From: a virus | Virus record (IMG/VR): IMGVR_UViG_3300043313_000942 | Coordinates: 1 to 36,304 of that record | Reading direction: 5' to 3' (one strand) | DNA length: 36,304 nt | In this document: piece after piece, positions 22,651 to 30,901 of the stretch | How the letters are laid out: the number at the start of each line of letters is the position of its first letter | Position numbering within the stretch: position 1 is the stretch's first letter | Program-made: the position numbers and the translations under genes | The notes under the pieces: model-generated | The model's database searches: none | What the model saw: only the letters and a program-made list of their open reading frames with translations | What the model was told of the DNA's origin: nothing

Positions 22651-24579
22651 CTATGCAGCGAGCGCGGGTCGCATCGGCGGCGCCATGGTTGGCGCAACCT
22701 GCAACGGCGGCGGCGCGGGCAACGTCCCGACCGGGAGATCGCTCGGCGCGGTCACCGCTGGCTCGGGCGGCGCGAGGGTGACGCCTTCGGGGTGGTTGAT
22801 CATGTCTGTGATGGCCGCCATGTACTGCTGCAGCGCTCGCATGACCTTCCGGGGCGACTTGTATCGCTTCTCGAGGTTGTAGCGGGCCTGCGCGGCCTTG
22901 AGTGCCACGGCCAGGGATTCGTAGGTGGGCTCGGGTGGGACAAACCGCTGCGTCTTGACGATTTCGTCCAGCGTCGACTCCACCAGGTCGTCCGAGGCCG
23001 TCTTCAGCTTCGAGAACGAGGCCAGGTCGGGGAGCGCCTGCAGTCGGAACTTGACCCGACTATCGATGTCCCCGTCGGCGTACCAGTCGGCAATCTGCTG
23101 CGCCTTGCCCTCGGGCATTGCGGGCAGGCTCGAGATGGGGAACGCCTGCACCTTGCGTTGTTCCCGGGCCAACTTGACGTCGTTCCAGTTGAACGACCGC
23201 GACGGCAGTTCGGCCGTCATGATCTTGGGGTTGATCTCCTCGGCCACGTCGATGACCAGCTCGGCAACCTCGGCCGCGTGCTGCTCCGAGTCCAGCAACA
23301 GCGCCTTGTTCCGGCTGTCCTCGATGTTGACCATCATGCGCAAGGCAACGCCTGCGTTGACGCCGGGCTGCTTCTGCCCCTGCACCTGCTGCTGGGTAAG
23401 TCCGATTGCCGCGTAGCCCTTGTTCTCCCAGGCGTCCCGCTCGTTGTAGAGCTCGGCATTGACCGCCGTGGGCACGATGGGCTTTGGCTCCGAGCCGGCC
23501 CAGAAGTGGACAGCCCCGGGCCGGGCCCCCATCGACTGCGCCGTGACACTCGAGCCCTTCTGCGCCAACCACCGCGGATAGGCGACGGCTCGGATGGCTG
23601 CATTGATCTGCTCGGTGAGATTGCTCACCTGCATCTGGTAGGGCGACATCTTGAACGCGCCACCGGGGCTGTAGAACCCCATCTGCTGCGGCTCCCACCG
23701 CTCGACGGCGTACGGCAGGCGCTTGCGCTTCCACGCCTTCGGTGGGCGAAGGTGAACGTTGTTCAGGCACAGCACGTGTAGCCCGGGCTTGTCTTCCCTG
23801 TCGTCGCCCTGAGGCTGCGGGAGGGCGTAGCCCTCGAGCACGGCGATGAAGTCGTTCTGCACCGCGGACATGTAGTTGTTCACGAACACCGTCGGGGCCG
23901 AACGGATGGCCGCGTCAATCTTCGGGTCCTTCCCGCCCCACGCCGCGAAGGCGTTGGACCGGGACATGAACACCCGCTCGACGATGTTCGTGTCCGGCAA
24001 CCCAGCGGCGGCTGAAATCTCATCGATGATCAGGTTGTCGATGAGAATGCGCGAGATTTTCACCTGCTTCTCGTTCTCGTCCGGGGTGACCTTGCTCACC
24101 CTCATCCCCCACGTAAACTTGTCCCGGAACCCTAGCCGGCACTGAGCGCGGAAGTTGTTCTGGTCGAAAATGGCGTCTAGCCCGAGCGTCAGGTCGAAGC
24201 AGGCAGAGCGAACCTCGAACGAAACGTCCGTGGGTTCCACCTGCACGAACGGAACAACGGTCCCAATGCGGTTCTCGAGCACGCTGCAGCCGTTGCTGAT
24301 GATGTTCGAGTACGGCTTGGTGTAGTTCGACCCGAAGCCACTGGATGCCGTGGCGGCCTTCCTGCTCATCCACATGCCCAACGTGATGGGCGGGTCTTCC
24401 CCGGTCACCAGCCGGTACATGACGCTGTTCTTGGTTCGCCGGCCGTAGCCGTAAATCTCCATGCCGATGGCGTAGTTCTGGAGGGCCATCGGGATTTTGT
24501 CCTCGGGGTAGTCGAACCACGCCATCCCGATCGGACCGGGCTTGCGCTTCGCTTCCTCGACGAACCGACTACCTGCCAA
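22651..24579 (-). CDS. Portal protein (642 aa)
   Basis: Size and position between terL and the scaffold. TTG start at 24579 with GAGG upstream; an alternative ATG lies at 24525. Confidence 0.65.
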   Translation of the reverse strand: MAGSRFVEEAKRKPGPIGMAWFDYPEDKIPMALQNYAIGMEIYGYGRRTKNSVMYRLVTGEDPPITLGMWMSRKAATASSGFGSNYTKPYSNIISNGCSVLENRIGTVVPFVQVEPTDVSFEVRSACFDLTLGLDAIFDQNNFRAQCRLGFRDKFTWGMRVSKVTPDENEKQVKISRILIDNLIIDEISAAAGLPDTNIVERVFMSRSNAFAAWGGKDPKIDAAIRSAPTVFVNNYMSAVQNDFIAVLEGYALPQPQGDDREDKPGLHVLCLNNVHLRPPKAWKRKRLPYAVERWEPQQMGFYSPGGAFKMSPYQMQVSNLTEQINAAIRAVAYPRWLAQKGSSVTAQSMGARPGAVHFWAGSEPKPIVPTAVNAELYNERDAWENKGYAAIGLTQQQVQGQKQPGVNAGVALRMMVNIEDSRNKALLLDSEQHAAEVAELVIDVAEEINPKIMTAELPSRSFNWNDVKLAREQRKVQAFPISSLPAMPEGKAQQIADWYADGDIDSRVKFRLQALPDLASFSKLKTASDDLVESTLDEIVKTQRFVPPEPTYESLAVALKAAQARYNLEKRYKSPRKVMRALQQYMAAITDMINHPEGVTLAPPEPAVTAPSDLPVGTLPAPPPLQVAPTMAPPMRPALAA

Positions 24580-24653
24580 CGGGCCGCCTCAACATGTACT
24601 TCAACCGCCAGCCGGTCCCCTCGCGCCAGAAGTCGAGGACCTTTGCGCCGCCC

Positions 24654-24899
24654 TCACGTAGTTCCGTCAGGGCCTTGTCCAGGCCCACCAGCTTCGGAAT
24701 CAGGATTGTCGCGTGCTTCGGCGGCTGGTTCATCTTCGACCAGGTCCCCCGCCTCTAATTCCAAACTGGCGGGTTCCGCAAGCACGATGTCACGGAGCGG
24801 GTCTTTTGGGCGATGGCCATCCACGGGGTCTTGCACGGCGCCGGGAACTGGCACGGCGTCAGGCGAGTCAAATTCGATGCTCGCAAGACATCCAGTCAT
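24654..24899 (-). CDS. Possible small acidic, Pro-rich protein (81 aa)
   Basis: ATG at 24899 inside ORF 24654..25025. GC3 is moderately high. No recognisable SD; disordered-looking sequence. Confidence 0.3.
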   Translation of the reverse strand: MTGCLASIEFDSPDAVPVPGAVQDPVDGHRPKDPLRDIVLAEPASLELEAGDLVEDEPAAEARDNPDSEAGGPGQGPDGTT

Positions 24900-24963
24900 G
24901 TGGAACGTGGCCCGGGCGTTCAGTTTCTTGAGGCCCGTGGCGATTTCGAGAATTTCAGCTGGG

Positions 24964-25389
24964 CTAGATGTCGGCAAGGATTCCTCCAAAGTAGGGCGAG
25001 TGACGCACCAGCAGTCCCTTGCCATGGGCGAGACGAAAGGCCTTGGGACTACCGAGAACGGCGATGAAGTTGGTGAGGCCGGCGTGCTGCATCAGCATCC
25101 GCGCCACGCCCTTGCGCTGGTAGTCGGGCTTCACGAACAGCGAAGCAGCAGCCACCCCGGGTACGCACAGCAGGAAGCCAGCGGTCTCGTCGGGGACAGC
25201 GCGGAAGGCGGCGATGTAGAGCACCCAGGTCTTGAGCAGGCGGCCGATGATGGCGTTGATCATGGCGGTGTACTCGGCCTGGGGGAGGTCGGCGTAATAC
25301 TCCGACTGCCGCAGCATACGGGCCGTGGCCTTGTAGACCAATGGATGGTCGGCTTCGACCCCGCGGCGGATTTCAATCTCCGTCGGCAC
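24964..25389 (-). CDS. GNAT-family N-acetyltransferase (141 aa)
   Basis: VKPDYQRKGVARMLM matches the acetyl-CoA-binding Q/RxxGxG/A motif. The N-terminus IEIRRGVEADHPLV is typical of GNAT beta1-alpha1. GTG start overlaps the terL end by 17 nt. Confidence 0.75.
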   Translation of the reverse strand: MPTEIEIRRGVEADHPLVYKATARMLRQSEYYADLPQAEYTAMINAIIGRLLKTWVLYIAAFRAVPDETAGFLLCVPGVAAASLFVKPDYQRKGVARMLMQHAGLTNFIAVLGSPKAFRLAHGKGLLVRHSPYFGGILADI

Positions 25390-26902
25390 TGAACCCCAAT
25401 ACCTTCCCGAGCACGTCTTGCTCGCGGTGACCCCGCAGCGCCTTGTCGATGATGTCCTGTAGCTCTTCGGCCTGCGTCTGTTCGTGCGTCTTGACCACCG
25501 GCGCCACGTACATGTCGAAGTACGGCTTGAGTGAGTACCGGCCCGCGTCCCCGGCGTCGGGGTGCCACTGGCTGGCCCATTTGTATTGGCCCCGGGCTCT
25601 GGCTTCTGGGTCGAACCGCGCTTTCGTGTAGTCCTCTTCCAGCGACGAGTGAGCCATGACCTTGTAGCGGCCCCCGCCGAGCAAATCCCGCACCAGGCGT
25701 ACCTGACCGGGCATGTCGGACTTGTTCGCAGCCTTGATCACGGGAATCCCGTGGGTCCGCGAGAACACGTCCAGCTCGTTCTGGCTGCTCCCCGCGTCGT
25801 AGTGCCAGAAGGCGGGCTGAAAGTGCTGCTGGACCACCCGCGCCACGTCGGCAATCTGCGACCACGTCAGGTGGGCGTTCTTAGCCGACGTCCAGTCGAA
25901 CACGTGTTGGATGATCGGCGAGCCCGCCCCCCACCCGTGAACCTGCATCGACACCCTGTCCCGCGTCCCCGGGTCGATACCGGCGCTGAACACCTCAATG
26001 CCATTGTGCGGGACTGCGGCCGACACCACGCCCGAAGGAACCACGAGCCCGGCCAACCACGCTGGCTCGGTCGGCTCGTACCGGTTGAACGCGTGCCGGT
26101 AGCCGTAGGCCGTCGCGGACGCGTCGTAGACCGACCGGCCGTAGTAGTCCCGCTGCACCAGCGGGGATTCGAGCGTATAGCCGGAGTTGTCGCGCAAGAA
26201 GTTGTCGACGACCATCTGCGGGTTCGGGTAGTGCGGGTTGTCGAACATACTGAAGTTGTGGTTTTCCCACCGGCCCGACTCGGCCATCTCGTGGAAGTAA
26301 CCCGCCTGCACTTCGGGGAACACGCCCGACATGGTCAGCACGCCCTCGGACCCAAGGGCAGGCGGGAGAATCTTCCCGACTAGTGCCCGAAGCACGGCGT
26401 CAGACTGATCTTGGCACTCGTCGATGGTGACTTCGTCCAGGGCGGCGCCTAGCTCCGTGGCGATGTGGCGCAAGTCGTCTGACCCGGTGAACCTGACCCG
26501 CGAGCCGTTGGGGAACGTCGTCACCATGCGCGTCTCATTGTGAGCGCGGATGTCACATAGCCCCCAGGACGCACACAGCGGCTTCCAGATGGGCTCCCAC
26601 ATGATCTCCCGGGCCTGGTCCTTTGTGAGCGCGATGTACGCTCTGTTGCCGTTTGGCTTCGCCGTGGAGCGCTTGGCGTAGCGACCGCCGATTCCCCACG
26701 TCTTCCCGGCACGGCGGGAACAGCGCTTGAGAATGCGCAGGGCGACGGACGACATGTAGCGAAGCTGCGGGACGTGGATTGTCCCGTTAGCCCCGCGGGC
26801 GATCGCCTCAAGAGAGAACGAGCCGACCAATGCCGTGACCGCGACGCGAGCCCGACGCTGCAGTTCCTTCTGGGCGGCACGTCGTAATTCCGCCGCCGTC
26901 AA
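25373..26902 (-). CDS. terL: Terminase large subunit (509 aa)
   Basis: Walker A CSRRAGKTW (T4 gp17-like SRQLGKT), Walker B/catalytic Glu VTIDEC, C-terminal nuclease-like GIDPGTRD. TTG start overlaps the terS stop. Confidence 0.9.
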   Translation of the reverse strand: MTAAELRRAAQKELQRRARVAVTALVGSFSLEAIARGANGTIHVPQLRYMSSVALRILKRCSRRAGKTWGIGGRYAKRSTAKPNGNRAYIALTKDQAREIMWEPIWKPLCASWGLCDIRAHNETRMVTTFPNGSRVRFTGSDDLRHIATELGAALDEVTIDECQDQSDAVLRALVGKILPPALGSEGVLTMSGVFPEVQAGYFHEMAESGRWENHNFSMFDNPHYPNPQMVVDNFLRDNSGYTLESPLVQRDYYGRSVYDASATAYGYRHAFNRYEPTEPAWLAGLVVPSGVVSAAVPHNGIEVFSAGIDPGTRDRVSMQVHGWGAGSPIIQHVFDWTSAKNAHLTWSQIADVARVVQQHFQPAFWHYDAGSSQNELDVFSRTHGIPVIKAANKSDMPGQVRLVRDLLGGGRYKVMAHSSLEEDYTKARFDPEARARGQYKWASQWHPDAGDAGRYSLKPYFDMYVAPVVKTHEQTQAEELQDIIDKALRGHREQDVLGKVLGFSADGD

Positions 26903-27264
26903 TTCAACTTCTCGGACAGATACCGGACGACTTCGTCAGGCGCGTCCGAGAGGTCAACCTTGATTTCCTGCACCGGGCCGACGACGCGATTCAGGTACAG
27001 GTCCATGAACGCTGCGCTGTATTCGATTTCTTGCCCGCACACGATGCCCTTGTGCCAGACGTTCTTGACCACGCCCATCGCCACTTCGCGCAGCTTGGCG
27101 TAGACCGGCCGAAGGTTCTCGACCGTGCGGTGCTCGGCGTCGAGCATGTTCTCTATCTCGCGCAGTTTCTTCGGCTTGCCGCCGGGATTGCCGGACTGCC
27201 CGGGCTGGAACGGGCGCCCCGGGCCGTTGCGTCGCTTGCGCTCAGGCTTGTTGCTTTCTGCCAC
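26899..27264 (-). CDS. terS: Terminase small subunit candidate (121 aa)
   Basis: N-terminal GRPFQPGQSGNPGGKPK motif, common in small terminase/DUF5681-type proteins. Directly upstream of and coupled to terL. Confidence 0.6.
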   Translation of the reverse strand: MAESNKPERKRRNGPGRPFQPGQSGNPGGKPKKLREIENMLDAEHRTVENLRPVYAKLREVAMGVVKNVWHKGIVCGQEIEYSAAFMDLYLNRVVGPVQEIKVDLSDAPDEVVRYLSEKLN

Positions 27265-27267
27265 GGT

Positions 27268-27531
27268 CTACTTCGCGTCTACTTCCCGGGGCGGCACGGG
27301 GTCAATCGGCATTCCCATCACCCGTTCCCGATCTGTCGCTTGCCGCGCAATCGCCGTTGCCGGGACCCACCTTGCTTTGGCCCAATGCGTCAGCCGACCG
27401 TTGCGTCCCTTTGTCTTCCGCACGAGGGCCTGCGTCCCCTGCATCCTGACCACCTGCGCCACGGAGATGTTCGAGCCGACATGATCTGCCGGGAAGCGGA
27501 CGATTGCGACGGTGCCGGCCGGGAGGGTCAT
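27268..27531 (-). CDS. Hypothetical protein (87 aa)
   Basis: ATG at 27531 (ATGA overlap) inside ORF 27268..27621. Confidence 0.5.
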   Translation of the reverse strand: MTLPAGTVAIVRFPADHVGSNISVAQVVRMQGTQALVRKTKGRNGRLTHWAKARWVPATAIARQATDRERVMGMPIDPVPPREVDAK

Positions 27532-27779
27532 GTTCTCGCCGCCTTCCGTTTCAGCGCCCGTCCCCTTCGGTGGTCGTAACAGCGGACGAATGGCTTGCCC
27601 GGGTGAACCGGCATGCGGCACTCGATACAGCGGCGCCGGCTCTTGAGGGACGCCCGGTAGCGCCGCTTGTGGGTGGCCGAGCGAGCGCGGCAGGCGTCAC
27701 AGATGCGGTCGGGATAGCCAAGGGTCCCGCAACGCTGACAGGCCCCGGCGGACTTCCGGTTGGCGCGCATGACGCGCAT
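27528..27779 (-). CDS. Basic zinc-ribbon protein (83 aa); possible late-gene regulator
   Basis: CQRCG...CDAC and CIEC...C..H motifs; very Arg/Lys-rich; last regulatory-looking gene before terS. Start assumed at the ATG at 27779 (alternative 27770). Confidence 0.5.
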   Translation of the reverse strand: MRVMRANRKSAGACQRCGTLGYPDRICDACRARSATHKRRYRASLKSRRRCIECRMPVHPGKPFVRCYDHRRGRALKRKAART

Positions 27780-27793
27780 ACGGGCGGCGGTGC

Positions 27794-28045
27794 TCACAGC
27801 CCCTCCAGTTTGCGGCCGTGCCTCCCACCTCGGAGCGCCCACAGAATCGTACTGTGGTCGCGACCCCCAAGCGCCCTCCCGATAGATGGAGCCCGCCGTA
27901 GCTCGGTAGCCAGGATAGCCCTGGCCCTCACCAGCTCACGACTGCGGCACGGGCCCTTTACGGCCTGGGGGCCGAGGCAAAGCTCGTGACACCTCGCGCT
28001 GACGTAGCCGGCGATTGCTTCGTCGGTGATTTGGAGGGGGCTCAT
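27794..28045 (-). CDS. DnaA domain IV-like HTH DNA-binding protein (83 aa)
   Basis: RARAILATELRRAPSIGRALGGRDHSTILWALR mirrors the DnaA C-terminal ...IG..FGGRDHTTV.HA... signature. Confidence 0.65.
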   Translation of the reverse strand: MSPLQITDEAIAGYVSARCHELCLGPQAVKGPCRSRELVRARAILATELRRAPSIGRALGGRDHSTILWALRGGRHGRKLEGL

Positions 28046-28181
28046 CGCTTCTCATTCGCCTTCTGGCAGTACCAGCAATGCTTACACGGGGGCTCCACTA
28101 CACAGCGGACCAGGGGGGCCAGCGAGTAGGGAGCCGTTGGCAGCATCATGTCGCTGGTTGTTCCTCGTTTGCGCTTGGGCT

Positions 28182-28628
28182 TCAAAACGGCACTTCGGCA
28201 TCATCTCGTTCTGGCGGCAGCCTTGGATCGGGAGGCGGACTCGCCTCGAGCCGCGCAACCTTGGCTCGTTGTTCATCGAGCGCCCATTGCACGTAGCCGC
28301 GCCAGTGTGTCAGTTCGGACTTGGCCCGCAGGTAGTCGCCCTTGACCGTCTCCATCGCAGCCAGCCAGCGCACGCGCTCTTTCTTCGTCGCTGCCTTGAA
28401 GCCATCGACGTCAAACAGGCCATCGTACTCGGCGGTCTTTAGACGCTCCTGGGTGGAACGCAGGTCGCGCCTGGACTGCTCCACGTTCTCAAGTAGAGCC
28501 GCCGCGGGGTCGCGCTCGTATTCGGCGGCGGCTCGTTTCTGGTCGGCCTTCGTGATCACTCGCTCGACGGGGACGAAGGCGTCGAAGTGGGACTTCGCGT
28601 AGAGGTCAAGCAGGTCCTTTGTGTTCAT
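28182..28628 (-). CDS. Hypothetical protein (148 aa)
   Basis: ATGA overlap with the upstream gene; helical, charged composition. Confidence 0.6.
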   Translation of the reverse strand: MNTKDLLDLYAKSHFDAFVPVERVITKADQKRAAAEYERDPAAALLENVEQSRRDLRSTQERLKTAEYDGLFDVDGFKAATKKERVRWLAAMETVKGDYLRAKSELTHWRGYVQWALDEQRAKVARLEASPPPDPRLPPERDDAEVPF

Positions 28629-29260
28629 GGTCGCCTCCCGAATGCGAGCTCGGCGCGGCGCTCAAGCGCGGCGTCCTCTGCCTCCTCTCGGGCCCGGACG
28701 GCGGGATCAATCCGCTTCCGCTCAGGCTGTCGTTTCGCCGGCCGGTAATCCTGCGTAAAGCCCCACTGGTTGATCCAGGTAACGAGGTGCTGCGGGCTCT
28801 GCCAGCTTTCGAGGCTCGCCTCGTATTCCGCCCACTTTACCCGAACTGTCTCGAGGGCCGGCCGCTCGGCAAGTACCCAACTTTCCTGCGCTTTGAACTT
28901 GTTTCCCCGCTTTCCCGTGGCGTCCCAAATCCGCAGAAATTCAGGCTCGTAACTTGGCGCCTTTCGTGCTTTGCGCGCACGTGCGCGTTTCGGATTACCT
29001 GGAGAGTCCGGATTCACGATCCGGAGGTCCGGAGGAGAACCAGAAGAAGAGATAGGCGCGGGCTCTGTTATAGATGTGGTTACTAATAGCGGTTTGACTG
29101 CTACTAATGGCGCACTAATAGCGATTGTTGCTACCATTGCGCGTTGCTCCGACTTCCACGTTGCCATGCACTTCAAACAGCGGTGACGCCTAATGACAAC
29201 GGCGCCTGGGTAGGTGTTGGTAACCTTCGTTGGTTCATGGTTGCACTGCGGGCAGGTCAC
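28625..29260 (-). CDS. Replication initiator/organizer-like protein with an N-terminal zinc ribbon (211 aa)
   Basis: CPQC...CLKC ribbon. The C-terminus EFLRIWDATGKRGNKFKAQESW...LVTWINQWGF resembles the F..FW..YP.K.gK...W...WL motif of phage/plasmid replication organizers. An iteron cluster sits inside the gene. Confidence 0.45.
   Translation of the reverse strand: MTCPQCNHEPTKVTNTYPGAVVIRRHRCLKCMATWKSEQRAMVATIAISAPLVAVKPLLVTTSITEPAPISSSGSPPDLRIVNPDSPGNPKRARARKARKAPSYEPEFLRIWDATGKRGNKFKAQESWVLAERPALETVRVKWAEYEASLESWQSPQHLVTWINQWGFTQDYRPAKRQPERKRIDPAVRAREEAEDAALERRAELAFGRRP
29080..29142. repeat. Iteron-like cluster ACTAAT(A/G)GCG x3 plus a degenerate fourth copy, in an AT-rich island; putative origin of replication
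   Basis: TTACTAATAGCGG (29080), CTACTAATGGCGC (29101), GCACTAATAGCGA (29112), GCTACCATTGCGC (29130). ACTAAT cores are spaced 21 and 11 bp. Encoded with rare codons (TTA, CTA, GTA, ATA, ATT, AGT). Confidence 0.5.
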
Positions 29261-29297
29261 GCTACGGCGAGCTCCAATTGGGTCCCTGGGGTCATAG

Positions 29298-30020
29298 CTA
29301 GGCGCATAGCTCGAGCTGCTCCCGTGCTGCTGTCAGCCGCTTCACTGCAATCGCGTGGTACTTCGGGTCCTTTTCGAAGCCGATGAAGCGGCGACCGAGG
29401 CGGATAGCGGCTACTCCAGTGGTGCCGCTGCCAGCGAAGGGATCGAGGATGAGATCGCCAGGGTCGGTGAACAGGCGGACCAACTTCTCCATGAGCGCGA
29501 CCGGCTTCTGCGTCGGGTGGTCGTTGCCAGCCGGGTTCTCGCTCTTGCTGAAGCTCCACACGCCGTGTGAGCCGCCGCCGTTCCAGCGCGACGCGCCGGG
29601 GCCGTGCGAGCAGGCGACCGACTCGTAACCCATGCCAGGCCTGTCGCCGGTAAGTTGCGGCATGCCGTCAGGCTTCAGCCACACACACGAACGCTTCCAG
29701 CTCGCGCCAGCGGCGACCATGGACCTCTTCCAGACTCCAACCGCCTCCGCCTGGCAAAAGAACAAATGCCACCGACGTGCGACGCGTACGGCGTGCCGGG
29801 CGGAAGCGTCTCGACCTTCCTCGGTCATCGGCGCGAAGTCCAAGGCCTCGACTTCCGCGACGCACATATCGACCCCGTCCGCGGAGAGCCCCCGCTTCAC
29901 TCGCCGCTGCAGCGTGTGCGCTTCCGCCTCGTACGGCGGGTCCGTGATCACATGGTCCACCGACTTATCCCCGAGGGATGCCATCCCGCTGACCGGGTCC
30001 AGGCAGTCTCCCAGGCGCAT
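29298..30020 (-). CDS. Beta-class DNA methyltransferase (DPPY; N6-adenine or N4-cytosine), orphan
   Basis: Motif IV VITDPPY is N-terminal to motif [16 protein letters not shown]. No adjacent restriction gene. Start taken at the ATG at 30020 (MRLGDCL...); GTG alternatives at 30038 and 30044. Confidence 0.85.
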   Translation of the reverse strand: MRLGDCLDPVSGMASLGDKSVDHVITDPPYEAEAHTLQRRVKRGLSADGVDMCVAEVEALDFAPMTEEGRDASARHAVRVARRWHLFFCQAEAVGVWKRSMVAAGASWKRSCVWLKPDGMPQLTGDRPGMGYESVACSHGPGASRWNGGGSHGVWSFSKSENPAGNDHPTQKPVALMEKLVRLFTDPGDLILDPFAGSGTTGVAAIRLGRRFIGFEKDPKYHAIAVKRLTAAREQLELCA

Positions 30021-30129
30021 ATCCCAAGCCGCCTTCACCCGCACCCCGCCAAGCTCAGAGCCGCCACCACCCCAATAGCCCCCAGGAGAACCAGGATGGC
30101 GTGGCCTAGGGTCTTGACCTTTTCGGAGG

Positions 30130-30318
30130 TCATAGCTTCTTTCCCGTCGCTGAACCGAGTAAGGCGCGGGCGCACTTGCGGCAAACTCCAACGATGATCC
30201 GGGTACCCTCGTCGACCATGACCTTGGCGACGATTTCAGTCTTGCCGACGTAGCCCTTGTGCACGTCGCACAGGCCGCCAGCCTCCGAATGGCGCCGACT
30301 CATTATCCAGAGCTTCAT
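30130..30318 (-). CDS. Small hypothetical protein (62 aa)
   Basis: ATG at 30318 (ATGA overlap) inside ORF 30130..30456. Confidence 0.45.
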   Translation of the reverse strand: MKLWIMSRRHSEAGGLCDVHKGYVGKTEIVAKVMVDEGTRIIVGVCRKCARALLGSATGKKL

Positions 30319-30653
30319 ACCCTCGCCGTCCTCTTGCGTGGGGTGCGCTCGGTTGTTTGCTGGGTGTCTTCTAGGCCGTCGAGGACGCGGTAGACACGGC
30401 GCTCGGCCACGGCTTCTGTCCCCACGGCGTAGTTGGCGAAAATCGACTCTATGCATGCAGGGGAAGGCGCGGTAATCCAGCCAGCGGAGGTGGTCTGGCG
30501 GCCCCTGTAGAACGTGGACGGCGATTTGTTCGGCTTGAGCAATATCCCCCGGTGCCGTCCTCCGCAGCCAGGAATGGCGCAGTCCTTGAGCACCACAATC
30601 ATCCCGGCCCGCAGCTCGTCGAACGACTCGACCAATTTGAGCCGCTCTTTCAC
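30315..30653 (-). CDS. Hypothetical protein (112 aa), first gene after the non-coding att-candidate region
   Basis: GTG start at 30653; reasonable composition. Confidence 0.5.
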   Translation of the reverse strand: MKERLKLVESFDELRAGMIVVLKDCAIPGCGGRHRGILLKPNKSPSTFYRGRQTTSAGWITAPSPACIESIFANYAVGTEAVAERRVYRVLDGLEDTQQTTERTPRKRTARV

Positions 30654-30891
30654 CGCGCCACCCCAGTAGCCAGCCTTTGTCGGCTAGCCTCGGAAGCCTT
30701 TACGCGCTCTGGGAGAAGGCGTAGGAGGGAAAAGTAGCGGGAGACGAGAGTTTGGGATGCAGGAGAGAGCCTTGGCCGGCGCTTCACGGCAGCAACCTAC
30801 GGGAGTGGTTGAACCCTCCCCCAATATCGATGCCCCCGGCGCGGATTGCCGTGCGGACCTTCAGACGGCGACTAGGGGTAATCCCTTGCGC

Positions 30892-30901
30892 GTCAATTGA
30901 C
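30892..30901. repeat. Perfect 10-bp palindrome GTCAATTGAC in the int-adjacent non-coding region
   Basis: Read directly. Confidence 0.8.

Noticed and set aside
22792-23781. 329-aa plus-strand ORF antisense to the portal gene (likewise 25562..26383 antisense to terL)
   Set aside because: Low-complexity Arg/Leu/Gly composition, while the sense frames contain portal-sized and Walker-motif proteins.
28046-28181. 136-bp gap with a 7-bp inverted repeat CCAGCGA-N25-TCGCTGG (28119-28157) and ORF 28082..28276
   Set aside because: The ORF overlaps the 148-aa gene and has no in-frame start in the gap. The hairpin is short with a large loop and no U-tract. The gap may hold a promoter, but I cannot support a specific feature.
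30801-30823. tRNA T-arm-like string GGGAGTGGTTGAACCCTCCCCCA as a possible tRNA-derived attP core
   Set aside because: The stem GGGAG/CTCCC encloses a 10-nt loop rather than the 7-nt TTCRANY loop, and no acceptor-stem complement is present. It cannot be supported as a tRNA fragment.
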